A stretch of DNA of 56,555 nucleotides from Candidatus Nomurabacteria bacterium (GCA_037139835.1 JBAXFQ010000004.1:1-56555); one strand, 5' to 3'. Positions 11,301 to 21,511 are shown, numbered from the stretch's first letter. Program-made: numbers and translations. Notes: a model not told the origin generated them from the letters alone.

Positions 11301-11516
11301 TACGCCTATAATTGGCTTAATGCCGGCTTTATGTGCCTCTTTATATAGTTCTATAGCTCCGTACATATTGCCATGGTCTGTGATGGCTAGGGCGTTCATG
11401 CCGTTCTTTTTAGCGGTTTTCACCATATCTGGAATCTTAGATAGTCCATCTAGGAGAGAGTAATGTGAGTGAGTATGTAGATGTATAAACTCAGTATTTA
11501 GTTCCGATTTTTCCAT
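8301..11516 (-). CDS. dnaE: DNA polymerase III alpha subunit
   Basis: PHP motif HLHTHSHYSLLDG, plus FERFLNPER, PDIDMD, KFDFLG, YGFNKAH and a C-terminal OB fold. Confidence 0.99.
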   Translation of the reverse strand: MEKSELNTEFIHLHTHSHYSLLDGLSKIPDMVKTAKKNGMNALAITDHGNMYGAIELYKEAHKAGIKPIIGVEAYIAERGRADKEPGVDNKRYHLTLLARTKQGYKNLMRLVTIANLEGYYYKPRMDKEILRQFSEGIICLSGCMGSQLSRAVLANNLEKANELIKEHQEIFGKENYFLEVHSHPHVENDELLRKGIIALGKKWNIPVVAGQDSHYLCIDDHDAHSTLLAVNTGVISGKEGTGLEFGVDDFSLIDEKTALKYFKDIPEAVRNAKMVADLCEDYDLELGTAYFPDFPIPEGQTADEVLRELAYDGFAMRKLEKTQVYIDRLEYELKIIKQKGYPAYFLVVSDLLKYAKENGIYTNIRGSVAGSLTTYLTGITKVDPMTYKLPFERFLNPERPSLPDIDMDYADNRRDEIIAYAKRKYGEDKVAQIGTFGTMMAKGSVKDVARALGYPYSIGDRISSMIPLGSQGTAMTIDHAIKIVPELKAAYKTEPDTKKIIDLAKKMEGCVRHISVHAAGVVMAPRPLYEFSPVQFDPKGGNIITQYDMYSIEDAGLPKFDFLGIRNLSILAEAVRLVRAIHKVEIDIDTIPLDDKLTFELLSKGETMGLFQLNGSGMTRYLKELRPSTIHDINAMVALYRPGPMESIPEYIKRKHNPRAITYLDPRLKDILDQSFGVITYQDDVMMTAIKLAGYSWLEADKLRKAMGKKIPEVMEAEKGKLLEGFVKNGMTDKKAQEFWTLIEPFAAYGFNKAHAASYGLVAYQTAYMKANYPVEYMTAIMTSESGDIEKVAEIIHECEKMGIKVLPPNINESFGGFTVIKGSNYETDRTIRFGFYNIKNLGVDIADAIIEERKINGKYKSMADFLERINHKNLNKKSIEALAKCGAMDEFVNHRNMVMGNLEKLLAFNKETRGTGSQESLFGSIGGIEVKLSLDDVPEETFQEKLTWEKDLLGLYVSGHPLSAYKDKIEKFGVFIKNILESLKVNSPIKSVVIIDEVKIVTTKKNDRMAFLKVSDDTGSIDAVVFSKLFEANKELLEKDHIIAYQGKITERNGEKSIMIEGLKKPNGN

Positions 11517-11554
11517 ATTTTCTTAGTATAGCAAATAAGGTATTATAGTTCTAT

Positions 11555-12178
11555 ATGGCAGATACGAAGACCACAAAATATATAATAGGTATAGATGAAG
11601 TCGGCAGAGGTCCTTTGGCTGGTCCGGTAGCTGTATGCGCATTTCTCATAAAAGATGAAAAATTTTTAGAATCAGCCATAGGCAAGGCCTATGGCAAAGT
11701 ACTACCAAAATTAAAAGATTCTAAAAAATTAAGTAAAAAACAAAGAGAAGTTTGGTTTGAATTTCTTAAATTACAAAAGAAAGAGGGGGATTGCGACTAT
11801 GCTGTGTCTTTTGTCTCCCCTGAAAATATTGATAAATTCGGAATTGCTAAATGTATACAGAAAGCTTTGAATGAATCCTTGCAGAAAGTCGCTTCACAGA
11901 ATCTTTCTTCATTTCAGATTTTTCTCGACGGTGGATTAAAAGCTCCAATTGAGTATGTTAATCAAGAGACGATCATAAGAGGGGACGAGCTTCATCCTGT
12001 TATTTCTATGGCATCCATCGTGGCGAAAGTTACTCGAGATGCTGTGATGACTAAATATGCGAAAGACTACCCAGAATATGGTTTCGAGTGTCATTCAGGC
12101 TATGGCACCAAGGCTCATTATGATGCTATTAAAAAGCACGGCCAGACCCCTATCCATCGCAAGAGTTACATACATTAG
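11555..12178 (+). CDS. rnhB: Ribonuclease HII
   Basis: GIDEVGRGPLAGPV, DSKKLS, ASIVAKVTRD, GYGT. Confidence 0.97.
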   Translation: MADTKTTKYIIGIDEVGRGPLAGPVAVCAFLIKDEKFLESAIGKAYGKVLPKLKDSKKLSKKQREVWFEFLKLQKKEGDCDYAVSFVSPENIDKFGIAKCIQKALNESLQKVASQNLSSFQIFLDGGLKAPIEYVNQETIIRGDELHPVISMASIVAKVTRDAVMTKYAKDYPEYGFECHSGYGTKAHYDAIKKHGQTPIHRKSYIH

Positions 12179-12208
12179 TATTTTTTATAAGACAAGTTAT
12201 TGATGATA

Positions 12209-13387
12209 TTATTTTGATGCATCTTCTATTGATTTCATTTGTATGAAATTAATCCCATTTTTTGAAATAAGAAAAGCCATATCAGCATGACACCATCTTA
12301 ATGGAACGCTTTGAGGAGACTGAATAACTGGAAGATAAGGATGTCTAGATACTGTAGGAAATTTACTTTCATTAAAATCTACCCAATTTTCTTTTTCAAG
12401 CCAATTATTGAGGTTGTTTTCTGTTTGGATTATATATGATGACATATCATCCTTGCCGAATCCACCGTAAGGTGAGCCTACTGATTTAATATCTTGTTTT
12501 GATATTTTTTTATCTAATATGTATTTGTTTAATAAATTTTTTGAATCAGATAAATATTTGACTAACCCTTTATTGTTTAAATTAAAGTAAAATTTATTTC
12601 GGGTATAATCATTACCGGATCCGTAAAATGTGCCATTATCTACTGAGATACCATTTATACCTCGTTCAGTATTTCCCATAAAAAATATGTCACTATTTTT
12701 AGTAATATCATTAAATATTTTATTCAAATCGTTAGATTCCTTTTCGTTTGTTTCTATTAACTCATTAAAATTTTGACCATTAAATATATTATTATGATGG
12801 AAAATATCTGTATCCGAATATCTTGAGTATCCAGGAATCATTTTTTCTAAATCAATTGGTTCTTTTGTTTTATTATTATACAATGCGAAATTGTAACCTA
12901 GGTGTGATTTTTTGGGTTTTGATTTAAGGTTAAAAGTGGGGTCGAAAATTTTTTGTTTTAAAATACCTTCTTTCACAAAAAGTGCACTATTATTAGTACT
13001 AAATCTATCAAAACCATTAAAAACATGAGTTAATGAGTTATTTTCATTCATTTTTTTTAAATTTATTTTTTCCATTAAACCAAATATCTTTTTTTGTAAT
13101 GATATTTCTTTTGATTTAAGTGCTTCTAAATATGATTCTTTTGAATTTATCCTTGAATCAAATTTTGATAATTCTGCCCATGAAATTTTATATCTTTCAT
13201 ATCCTTCAACCCCTCCTGTCTCTGTAATAAAATTATCATCAAACGTAATATTATGTTTTTCGACATCAATTTTAGTACCAAAAATTTCAAATTCTAAAAG
13301 CTCTCGAATCAACTTTTCATTATCTTTATTTGGTTCGATATTATTATCTATTTGAATATTATTTATTTCTTGATTAAATTTTTCCAT
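12209..13387 (-). CDS. Hypothetical protein (Asn/Lys-rich)
   Basis: 392-aa ORF with TATAAT 6 nt before the ATG; no family recognised. Confidence 0.75.
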   Translation of the reverse strand: MEKFNQEINNIQIDNNIEPNKDNEKLIRELLEFEIFGTKIDVEKHNITFDDNFITETGGVEGYERYKISWAELSKFDSRINSKESYLEALKSKEISLQKKIFGLMEKINLKKMNENNSLTHVFNGFDRFSTNNSALFVKEGILKQKIFDPTFNLKSKPKKSHLGYNFALYNNKTKEPIDLEKMIPGYSRYSDTDIFHHNNIFNGQNFNELIETNEKESNDLNKIFNDITKNSDIFFMGNTERGINGISVDNGTFYGSGNDYTRNKFYFNLNNKGLVKYLSDSKNLLNKYILDKKISKQDIKSVGSPYGGFGKDDMSSYIIQTENNLNNWLEKENWVDFNESKFPTVSRHPYLPVIQSPQSVPLRWCHADMAFLISKNGINFIQMKSIEDASK

Positions 13388-13414
13388 ATTATTATTATAA
13401 CATAATCGAAAAAA

Positions 13415-16006
13415 TCAGTAATTTTTATTTAGCCAATCTTTGATTGATTTTCTGTCGTCTTTTAGCCAAGCGATATTTGATTCAATTCTCTCGTATGATT
13501 GTTCTAGAGTTCTGTCTGCACCTGGCGCTGTATTTTTACTGAAGAATTTTTTAATATCATTCAAATCTTTTACTTTAGTATGTCCACCTAATGGAGAGAG
13601 AAGTCTAGATAGGAAGTGACCTCCTTCGCCGTATTCTTTTGTTATCTTTTCCCAATTATTTTTTATGAATTTCCAAGTCATATCTCTTCCATATTTATTT
13701 GCCCAAACTGCAGTTATTATAAATGGAGTATCTTGATTTTTGACATTTTTAGACATGGCAAAATCTAAAGTTTTAGCTAGGAGATCTTGATCTTTGAAAG
13801 ACGATAAAGCTCTGCCGTATCTTTCTTTTTCTTCGTGCATAGAGGTTTCTTTGTATAATTTTTCAAATACCTTCCATTCTTTAATACTTCCATTCGAAGC
13901 TACTATATTATATACGACTGATCGTATATCAGCTCGGATAGGAGACTCCCCTCTATTTTTAAAGAGTTTTTGAGCTTCTTTTATTATTTTCTTGTCTCCA
14001 TAGTATGCAGCTTGAGATAAAGCCAAACTTCTAAGGAATACATCCGAATGGTTCTCTTCACTCTTATAATGCCATCCCATTCTGGTGGCTAAAGAACTGA
14101 AAAGTGAAAGAGCATATTTATTATATATATCTTTTATTGGTTCATCTCCGATTATGTTATTTATCTTATTTATACCTACTGCTATTTCTGACCAAACGAT
14201 AAATTCATTTTCATTTTTGTATGCTAATGAAAATTCTAATGCTTTAGTTGCTTCTATATACCCACCTTCAGCCAAAGCAAACATATCTCTTATAATCCCT
14301 AGTCTATCTTTAACTGATAGTTTGTTATTTAGTATTTCAGTTTTTAAATTTTCTAGATTTTCTTTACTATAACGGACGCGCATAAAAGTCCCTTCTTCTT
14401 TATTTAATTTACCAATATAAGTTCCTATTAGCGGGTCAGACTTTTTTGTCATTAATATATTTATATTTTTCCCATTACTTTCATATTGAATAGGAATATT
14501 CCATAAATGCTTCTTTTTGTTTGCATCTTTATAACCTTTTGCTTTTATTCTACTCGAGAAGAATCTTTCTTGCTCAACTTTCCATAAGTTTGATTTATTT
14601 GAGACTGTTACGAGAGGGTGGCCTGTTTCTTTGGTCCAGGAATTCATTATTTCCTTGATTGGTTTTTTACTAACTTGTTCAAAAGAATTCCATAGATCTA
14701 TTGTATTGGTATTTTTATAACTATGTTTTTTCAAGTAATGTCTTAGTCCGTCACGGAAATTATCATGGCCTATGTATTCTGCCAGCATTCTTATCACAGC
14801 TGAGCCTTTAGCATATGAGACCATATCAAATATTTCACTTATCTCATCTGGATGATGCACTTCGACTTCTATAGGATGCGAATTGGCAAGCGAGTCTAAT
14901 TTTAAAGCTACAGCATATCGATCACTTAAGTATAGGTCCCAGATATGCCAATTTGGGAACATATGATCCACACAGAAGTTCTCCATGTAGGAAGCAAAGC
15001 CTTCATTGAGCCAAAGATCAGTCCACCAATCCATAGTGACTAGATTGCCGAACCATTGATGAGCGAGTTCATGCGCTATGACTATGGCAGCCCATTGTTT
15101 GTTTGAAAGGCTGGTGTGCTCTTCGTCTACTAGTATGGCCGTCTCACGGAAAGTTACAGCTCCCCAGTTCTCCATCGCTGCAGATTCAAAGTCGGGTATT
15201 GCTATTAGATCTAGTATAGGAAGTGGGTATGGAATATTAAAATATTCATTATAGAACTCTAGAGATTTTATTGCGACGTCTAATGCAAATTTTGCTTGAT
15301 GTTTTTTACCTGGAGTTGTAAATATTCTAACTTGTACATTGTCTTTACTTTTACCTTCTATGTATTCGAACTCTCCTATGATAAAAGCGAGTAAATATGT
15401 AGACATCACAGGTGTAGGTGCAAAAGAAACTATATTATAGCCGGTAGAATGTTCTTTGATACTTGTCGGTAGAGTATTTGATATAGCAGTATGGCTCTCT
15501 GGTATCACAAGTGATACTTCAAATATAGCTTTATGAGCTGGCTCATCAAAGCAGGGGAAGGCACGCCTAGCATCTGTAGCTTCAAACTGAGTGGTCGCAA
15601 TATACTTTTCTTCTTCGTTTAATATATATTTACTTTTATAGAAACCACGGAGAGTATCATTGATTACTCCTGAGAATATTATTGATAGATTGTATTCACC
15701 TTTAGTAATTTTATTTTTAAAATAAAAAGTTGCTGTTTCTTTCTTTTCGTCATATGAAATTTTGTTGGCAAATTGATTTATTTTTTTAGATATTATTTCA
15801 GCAGTTTTAATATTGATATCTTTACTATGAAGAGTTATCTGATTCACATCTTTATCTATTTTAATTTTAATAACCTCTTTTCCTTCAAATAAAAAGGCTA
15901 GAAGGTCTGGGCTTAGAGTAAGATCATAATGAATAGGGGAAATATGTGCCTCTAGACGTACTTTATTTTGAGTATTTTTTTGTTTTGTTTTAGTATTTTT
16001 TAACAT
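13415..16006 (-). CDS. M1 family aminopeptidase (PepN/puromycin-sensitive type, ERAP1-like C-terminus)
   Basis: TQFEATDARRAFPCFDEP, AAMENWG, HELAHQWFGNLVT...LNEGFA and YAKG. Start inferred from the TG-TATAAT just upstream. Confidence 0.95.
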   Translation of the reverse strand: MLKNTKTKQKNTQNKVRLEAHISPIHYDLTLSPDLLAFLFEGKEVIKIKIDKDVNQITLHSKDINIKTAEIISKKINQFANKISYDEKKETATFYFKNKITKGEYNLSIIFSGVINDTLRGFYKSKYILNEEEKYIATTQFEATDARRAFPCFDEPAHKAIFEVSLVIPESHTAISNTLPTSIKEHSTGYNIVSFAPTPVMSTYLLAFIIGEFEYIEGKSKDNVQVRIFTTPGKKHQAKFALDVAIKSLEFYNEYFNIPYPLPILDLIAIPDFESAAMENWGAVTFRETAILVDEEHTSLSNKQWAAIVIAHELAHQWFGNLVTMDWWTDLWLNEGFASYMENFCVDHMFPNWHIWDLYLSDRYAVALKLDSLANSHPIEVEVHHPDEISEIFDMVSYAKGSAVIRMLAEYIGHDNFRDGLRHYLKKHSYKNTNTIDLWNSFEQVSKKPIKEIMNSWTKETGHPLVTVSNKSNLWKVEQERFFSSRIKAKGYKDANKKKHLWNIPIQYESNGKNINILMTKKSDPLIGTYIGKLNKEEGTFMRVRYSKENLENLKTEILNNKLSVKDRLGIIRDMFALAEGGYIEATKALEFSLAYKNENEFIVWSEIAVGINKINNIIGDEPIKDIYNKYALSLFSSLATRMGWHYKSEENHSDVFLRSLALSQAAYYGDKKIIKEAQKLFKNRGESPIRADIRSVVYNIVASNGSIKEWKVFEKLYKETSMHEEKERYGRALSSFKDQDLLAKTLDFAMSKNVKNQDTPFIITAVWANKYGRDMTWKFIKNNWEKITKEYGEGGHFLSRLLSPLGGHTKVKDLNDIKKFFSKNTAPGADRTLEQSYERIESNIAWLKDDRKSIKDWLNKNY

Positions 16007-16130
16007 TTTTTTATTATACATTATAAAGAGATTTATTCTATTTTTGTCTAATAAAGCCTTATTTAGCAAGCATAAAGACGTATTGAGTAAGAGCTTGACA
16101 AAAGGGGTGCTTGTATGCTATAATACCAAT

Positions 16131-16841
16131 ATGAAAAATAAAACATTCAAAAATTTAATAGTCGTTGCATTTTTTGCATTAATAGCCATTACTGCAAATA
16201 CTGCTTCTGCGTACACTACAGGAATACCTTTTGGTTATAATGTAGGCTACGATAACAATATTTATAGTAATTATGCTCCTTTTTATCCTGCACAACAGCA
16301 AACTGTTCAAGCAAATTCTTATCAGTACCAGACAACAACTAACAGTAATTATGTACAACAGCAACAGCAACCTTATACTTATGTACAACCTCAAGCTCAG
16401 TATGTAGCACAGCCTACAACTGTACAGCAAGTTCAGTACGTACCACAACAGCAAAAAGTTCAGTATGTAAATACAAATAATTCACAAGGTGCTTCAGCTG
16501 CAAATGCACTATCTTCAAATACAACTACTAAAAAAGTTGTGACAAGTAACAGTAATACAGGATATACAAGTAATACTGGTAAATATATAAATTATGATAA
16601 CAATAATGCTATGGGTGCGACAGCTTATCAATATAATAGTGCTGGTCAGATATTAACAACTCCAGTGATAGATAGTAACGGTGTAGCAGCATTGTCAGTG
16701 AAAGGTTCTGGTAGTTTTATGCCTAGTTCAGTTTTTCAATGGATAATGTTGATACTTGTTATTTTAGCGATAATAGTAGTTGCTCGAATGATAGCAAGGA
16801 GATCCCAGACTAACGATCCTCACGCAGTCCCCGTACACTAA
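16131..16841 (+). CDS. Secreted low-complexity Q/Y/N/T-rich protein with a C-terminal membrane anchor
   Basis: TTGACA...TATAAT 6 nt before the ATG at 16131, a signal peptide (ending ASA) and a C-terminal TM helix. Confidence 0.8.
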   Translation: MKNKTFKNLIVVAFFALIAITANTASAYTTGIPFGYNVGYDNNIYSNYAPFYPAQQQTVQANSYQYQTTTNSNYVQQQQQPYTYVQPQAQYVAQPTTVQQVQYVPQQQKVQYVNTNNSQGASAANALSSNTTTKKVVTSNSNTGYTSNTGKYINYDNNNAMGATAYQYNSAGQILTTPVIDSNGVAALSVKGSGSFMPSSVFQWIMLILVILAIIVVARMIARRSQTNDPHAVPVH

Positions 16842-16859
16842 TAAGCAGATTGATAGATA

Positions 16860-16900
16860 TTTAAAAACACACCCTCTGAATGTTGGGTGTGTTTTTAAAT
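16860..16900 (+). terminator. Intrinsic terminator
   Basis: TTTAAAAACACACCC...GGGTGTGTTTTTAAA. Confidence 0.75.
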
Positions 16901-16957
16901 TTACTAAAAAATAAAGAAGAGAACACCAGTGACAGTGTTCTCTCTTAATAAGAACGA

Positions 16958-17074
16958 TTACTCGTTAGAAGTCTGACTTGTTTTGAATACAAAAAAGAGT
17001 AACTCAAGTGCTAGATCTGATAATCCTGTTTCTTGCATGACTTGTTCGTGCAATTTTCTTAAATTTTCGTCCAT
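16958..17074 (-). CDS. Candidate 38-aa small protein (MDENLRKLHEQVMQETGLSDLALELLFFVFKTSQTSNE)
   Basis: Hand translation; minus-strand TTGACA near 17155, an A-rich leader and a downstream hairpin at 16915-16946. Confidence 0.5.
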   Translation of the reverse strand: MDENLRKLHEQVMQETGLSDLALELLFFVFKTSQTSNE

Positions 17075-17244
17075 ATATTTTTTGTTCAGTAATTTACTCC
17101 CTGTTCCCGGCTTTATGATTTAATTAAATACTACAACTCTTAGGGATTATGTCAAGTATAATAATATTATTACTAGAGTGTATATTTTGCTTTTTTGTTT
17201 TATTTTTGGTACTATAATTTAGTCTATTAAATAGATAGATTTAT

Positions 17245-17375
17245 TCCGTGGTAGCTTTGCGGTGGAGTGAGAGTTGGGAAGGGATCCAACTTGCAAGACC
17301 TTGAACATTTTGTAATCAAAAAGTGAAAGGTATACAGATCCTGTAAGGATGTCGCCTGTAAGGTGATCGCTCATA
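17245..17375 (+). pseudogene. Degenerate tRNA-Asn 5' copy interrupted by an 81-nt structured insertion
   Basis: 17245-17269 matches the tRNA 5' end at 21/25 positions and 17351-17375 matches the next 25 nt at 19/25; no T arm. Confidence 0.65.
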
Positions 17376-17423
17376 CAGCTAGCTAAATCGAAATATGTTC
17401 TGTTCAATTAAAGTAAAATACAT

Positions 17424-17498
17424 TCCGTGGTAGCTCAGCGGTAGAGCGGTCGCCTGTTAAGCGATTGGTCGTAGGTTCGATCCCTACCCACGGAGCCA
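17424..17498 (+). tRNA. tRNA-Asn (GTT)
   Basis: Acceptor stem TCCGTGG/CCACGGA, D arm, anticodon loop CTGTTAA, GGTTCGATCC T arm and encoded CCA. Confidence 0.97.
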
Positions 17499-17533
17499 AA
17501 ACAAAAACCCCCAGAAATGGGGTGTTTTTATTT

Positions 17534-17660
17534 TGGCTCCGTGAGCAAAGTATCTGCATACTTTGCGTGGTAGGCGATCGAAAAGCTTTTCGTTTTTCGG
17601 TATTAACCGAAACGAAAAGGTATACTGTTCTCGTAGAGAAAGATATCCCTACCCACGGAG
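17534..17660. repeat. Inverted plus direct copies of the tRNA-Asn 3' end around a structured core
   Basis: TGGCTCCGTG..[palindrome]..GTGGTAGGCGATCGAA (inverted copy) and ATCCCTACCCACGGAG (direct copy). Confidence 0.8.
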
Positions 17661-17757
17661 ACTGTGAACATTGTGCACTTTGTGAACTTCCTATAAGGTA
17701 GATATTTTTGTAGTATAATGTTAGAAGGTCTATTTTATTTACTAAATTAAATTTTAT

Positions 17758-18738
17758 ATGAAATGCAATAAAGGTTTCGCTCCACTAATTCTATTAGCTA
17801 TAATTGTAGGTGCTTTAGTCATAGGTGGAGGTGCGTATTATTTAGGAAAGAGTTCAAAAGTTGAAAATAAAGAAGTAAAGGTTGAAGAAAATAATTTACC
17901 AAGTAATCCAGAAATTAATAAGAATCAAAATTTACCAGTTGTTAATAATAATCAACAGAGTAGCATTTCTTCAATCACAGTCCTTTCTCCAAATGGAGGA
18001 GAGACATATAGTACTAGTACGACAATTAAGCAAATTCCAGTAACATGGAAAAGTTCTGGGATAATAAGTAAAAATGTTGCTATTTATATTAAAAACATTT
18101 CTACGGGGAATGAAATAGTTAATTCAATAGTTCCAGATAATGGTTCAACAAATATTTATGGAGTTTCTACTGGAAATTATAAAATAAGAATCTGTAGTAC
18201 TAATCAATCATCTAAAAATTTTGAAGTTGCTTATGACCCAGATTGTGCAACAGCTTCAGACTATTCAGACAATTCATTTACAGTAAATTCTGTAAATAAT
18301 AAAAATAATACTACAAACGGTGTTTATACGAGCACAACAGATCACTTCAGTCTATCTATGCCAACCAACATGACTCTTTCTGAACCTGACCCAACCATCG
18401 CTACATATACTTCAGCTCACTATTACTATGTTCAATATAAGCAAGGAGTAGTACCCTCATTGTCCTATTTTAGAAATATTTCTGTTTCAGATGAAGTATG
18501 CACAGGAGAACCAGTTACTATAGATAATATTCAGTATAAGAGAGCAGATGATATAGGAGGAGGGATGGAATCATCTTCACTTCAATCAAGTTACTGTACA
18601 ATTCATGCGGGTAAAACCTACAGATTATTTTTTGAATGGACATATGCACGCTTCACTGGTTCTACTCCTGATCGAAACGTTGCTACAGTAAAATTTAATA
18701 ATGAATTAGATCAGTTGCAAATCCAGTTTATTGACTAA
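17758..18738 (+). CDS. Surface protein with a prepilin-like N-terminus and an Ig-like SPNGGE domain
   Basis: KGFAPLILLAIIVG N-terminus; ITVLSPNGGE...DYSDNSFTV. Confidence 0.75.
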   Translation: MKCNKGFAPLILLAIIVGALVIGGGAYYLGKSSKVENKEVKVEENNLPSNPEINKNQNLPVVNNNQQSSISSITVLSPNGGETYSTSTTIKQIPVTWKSSGIISKNVAIYIKNISTGNEIVNSIVPDNGSTNIYGVSTGNYKIRICSTNQSSKNFEVAYDPDCATASDYSDNSFTVNSVNNKNNTTNGVYTSTTDHFSLSMPTNMTLSEPDPTIATYTSAHYYYVQYKQGVVPSLSYFRNISVSDEVCTGEPVTIDNIQYKRADDIGGGMESSSLQSSYCTIHAGKTYRLFFEWTYARFTGSTPDRNVATVKFNNELDQLQIQFID

Positions 18739-18853
18739 TAATTAAAACTTATTCGAACAGTCCAAAGTTCGGAGCCAAAATTTTAAGCCATATTTTATAA
18801 TGGTTCTTTTTCGGAGGTTAGTATAAGTTTGAACCTAATGATACAATACTTGT

Positions 18854-19474
18854 ATGAATATTATTTTAATAATAATTGTGCTAATAACTATTTGGTCAAT
18901 TTTTGGACATTTTTCTTCTAGAGTAGAACAAGCCGAATATTCAGTAATAAAGAAATCAAAAGGTTATGAAATTAGAGAATATCCTTCGCACATAATCGCT
19001 CAAACAATAATAGGAGGTTCATATGAAGATGCAATGAATGGGGGTTTTCGAATCATTGCTGGATATATCTTTGGAGACAATACAAAAAAAGAAAGTATTG
19101 CAATGACTGCACCAGTAAAAGAGCAAAAATTTGTCTCAGAAAAAATAGCAATGACTGCGCCTGTTTCGCTTAATTCTCTAGGCAACTCACGGGTAGTTTC
19201 TTTTGTTATGCCGAAATCATATTCGCTAGAGACTCTTCCTGTCCCAAATGATTCACGCGTGAAGCTTGTAAAAGTCCCATCAAAAAAAATGGCTGCCCTA
19301 CGTTTTTCTTGGTCAAGAAATAGTAATAGAATTAACAAAATGGAGAAAAAACTACTTTCATTTCTTTCGCGAGATAAAATAGAAACAATTAATAGTCCCT
19401 TATATGCTGGGTATAATGCACCTTGGACTCCTCCATGGATGACTCGTAATGAAATAATGATAGAGATTAATTAA
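18854..19474 (+). CDS. SOUL family heme-binding protein
   Basis: [25 protein letters not shown] (twice), [19 protein letters not shown]. Confidence 0.93.
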   Translation: MNIILIIIVLITIWSIFGHFSSRVEQAEYSVIKKSKGYEIREYPSHIIAQTIIGGSYEDAMNGGFRIIAGYIFGDNTKKESIAMTAPVKEQKFVSEKIAMTAPVSLNSLGNSRVVSFVMPKSYSLETLPVPNDSRVKLVKVPSKKMAALRFSWSRNSNRINKMEKKLLSFLSRDKIETINSPLYAGYNAPWTPPWMTRNEIMIEIN

Positions 19475-19482
19475 TTAATTTT

Positions 19483-19839
19483 ATGAATAAATTAACTGAA
19501 AAAGAAAAAAGAGTAATTATTGATAAAAATACAGAAGCCCCATTTACGGGAGAGTATGTGAACAATAAGGAAACAGGAGTGTATGTTTGTCGACAATGTG
19601 AAGCTCCACTGTATAATTCAAAAGATAAATTTGAATCTGATTGTGGTTGGCCATCTTTTGATGATGAAATATCTGGAGCGGTGAATAAAAGCTTGGACGC
19701 AGATAAAATACGTACAGAAATTACTTGCGCAAAGTGTGGCGGTCATCTGGGCCATTTATTTATAGGTGAAAATTTAACAGATAAAAATCGAAGATATTGT
19801 GTGAATTCGATTTCAATGAAATTTATTTCTGGAAAATAA
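19483..19839 (+). CDS. msrB: Peptide-methionine (R)-S-oxide reductase
   Basis: [34 protein letters not shown]. Confidence 0.97.
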   Translation: MNKLTEKEKRVIIDKNTEAPFTGEYVNNKETGVYVCRQCEAPLYNSKDKFESDCGWPSFDDEISGAVNKSLDADKIRTEITCAKCGGHLGHLFIGENLTDKNRRYCVNSISMKFISGK

Positions 19840-19848
19840 TTTAAATTT

Positions 19849-20337
19849 ATGATTAAAAAAATAGTTTTAGCTGGAGGTTGTTTTTGGGGACTTGAAGAAT
19901 TAATTAGAAGTCAGCCTGGAGTATTAGATACTACTGTTGGATATACAGGTGGGTTTGTAGATAATCCAACATATGAAAATCATGCTGGTCATGCTGAATC
20001 TGTTGAGATTACATACGATGATGCAGTAACTTCATATAAAAATCTTTTAGATTTTTTCTTTCAAATTCACAATCCTACAACTCTAAATCAGCAAGGTAAT
20101 GACAATGGGACATCTTATCGCTCTGCAATTTTTTACGAAAATGAAGAAGAAAAAGAAGAAGCGATAAAATTTATTGATATCGTAAATAATTCAAAACGTT
20201 GGAATGATAGAGTGGTAACAACTCTTGAACCATTAGTAAAATTCTACAAAGCTGAAGACTATCATCAGGATTATCTCCAGAAAAACCCTGAAGGCTATAC
20301 ATGTCATGCTATATATTTTGATAGTTATTTAAAATAG
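19849..20337 (+). CDS. msrA: Peptide-methionine (S)-S-oxide reductase
   Basis: [30 protein letters not shown]. Confidence 0.97.
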   Translation: MIKKIVLAGGCFWGLEELIRSQPGVLDTTVGYTGGFVDNPTYENHAGHAESVEITYDDAVTSYKNLLDFFFQIHNPTTLNQQGNDNGTSYRSAIFYENEEEKEEAIKFIDIVNNSKRWNDRVVTTLEPLVKFYKAEDYHQDYLQKNPEGYTCHAIYFDSYLK

Positions 20338-20486
20338 TTATTTGAATCTCATCCCAAGCTCGTAGTTAAATTATAAAACATATTTTTAAATGGGTATTTT
20401 TTGTGGATAAATCATTCTTGATTTTTAAAATTTTTAAAATATAATATTTATTGTCGAGATTATAAATTATTAATTTTATAAGTTTT

Positions 20487-20870
20487 ATGTTCAAAAATAA
20501 AATTTTCAATTACATCATCTTTACATCTTTAGTTTTGTTTTTCACAAGTTCTTTAACTGTAAAAATTGCTTCTGCTGATCCAGAATTACCAGATAATGTA
20601 AAAATAAATACTAGTTTAGATGGTTCTAGTACTACTATTATAGTGGATTCAAAGCCAGGGTTTACAACTAATGTTCAAACTAATTGTTTGAATGGTAAAT
20701 GTACTCATAGTGCTACTTCTACTCCATTAACTGACACCGACATTAAAAAAATGCAGGATAATATAAAAAAACAACAAGATACTATGGAAAAGTTATGGAA
20801 GATGCAAGAAGATTTATTTGATCAGCAACAGAAGATGTTTGATGAATTAATGAGTTACAGTTGGTTTTAA
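20487..20870 (+). CDS. Secreted hypothetical protein
   Basis: Signal peptide, CxNGKC and a coiled-coil C-terminus. Confidence 0.75.
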   Translation: MFKNKIFNYIIFTSLVLFFTSSLTVKIASADPELPDNVKINTSLDGSSTTIIVDSKPGFTTNVQTNCLNGKCTHSATSTPLTDTDIKKMQDNIKKQQDTMEKLWKMQEDLFDQQQKMFDELMSYSWF

Positions 20871-21008
20871 ATATAAATAAAAAGCACTACTTAACTGTAG
20901 GGCTTTTTATTTATTCACTATACTCATTTAAAAATCACTCCAATTCTGGAACAAATATATTAATATAATATGTAATTATATTATTTTCAGTATAATAATA
21001 TGTTAAAA

Positions 21009-21431
21009 TTATTTATATGGATGCTCAGTTATTGGATTTATAAAATTAATCATTTGTTTATTTTTAAATAATCTATAAATAACAATAAATGACAATATTA
21101 ATGAAACAAAAGGGAAGATCATAAGAATAAAATCTGGTAAATTAATCCCTAAAAAAAACATATCAAATAAAAAAATAAATAAAGGAAAAATAATAATTGC
21201 TACAAAAGAAGATGCGGCAAAATATCCGAGATTTCTTCCTTTAATGTCGTTTAGTTTTTTAAAACGATTAGAAGCCACCAGAAGTAAAATCGGGTTAATA
21301 AAGAAAAAATAATATATCCATGATTGTAAGCCCTGTCTTATCCACAATAAATGAGGAAATATAAAATACATAATCGGTATTAGGCAACACAACAATATAA
21401 TTATACCAAGAATACGATTAAATATTTTCAT
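21009..21431 (-). CDS. Hypothetical membrane protein (about 4 TM helices)
   Basis: 140-aa hydrophobic ORF with no competing frame. Confidence 0.6.
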   Translation of the reverse strand: MKIFNRILGIIILLCCLIPIMYFIFPHLLWIRQGLQSWIYYFFFINPILLLVASNRFKKLNDIKGRNLGYFAASSFVAIIIFPLFIFLFDMFFLGINLPDFILMIFPFVSLILSFIVIYRLFKNKQMINFINPITEHPYK

Positions 21432-21511
21432 AATTGTTTAAATAATAAATTAATGTAATAATATAAGTAGTCAAACTTACATTATTAATCATAGCATAAT
21501 ATTATAATTTT

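Noticed and set aside
17219-17701. ORFs 17219-17407 and 17465-17701
   Set aside because: They overlap the tRNA and its repeats, with no recognisable protein.
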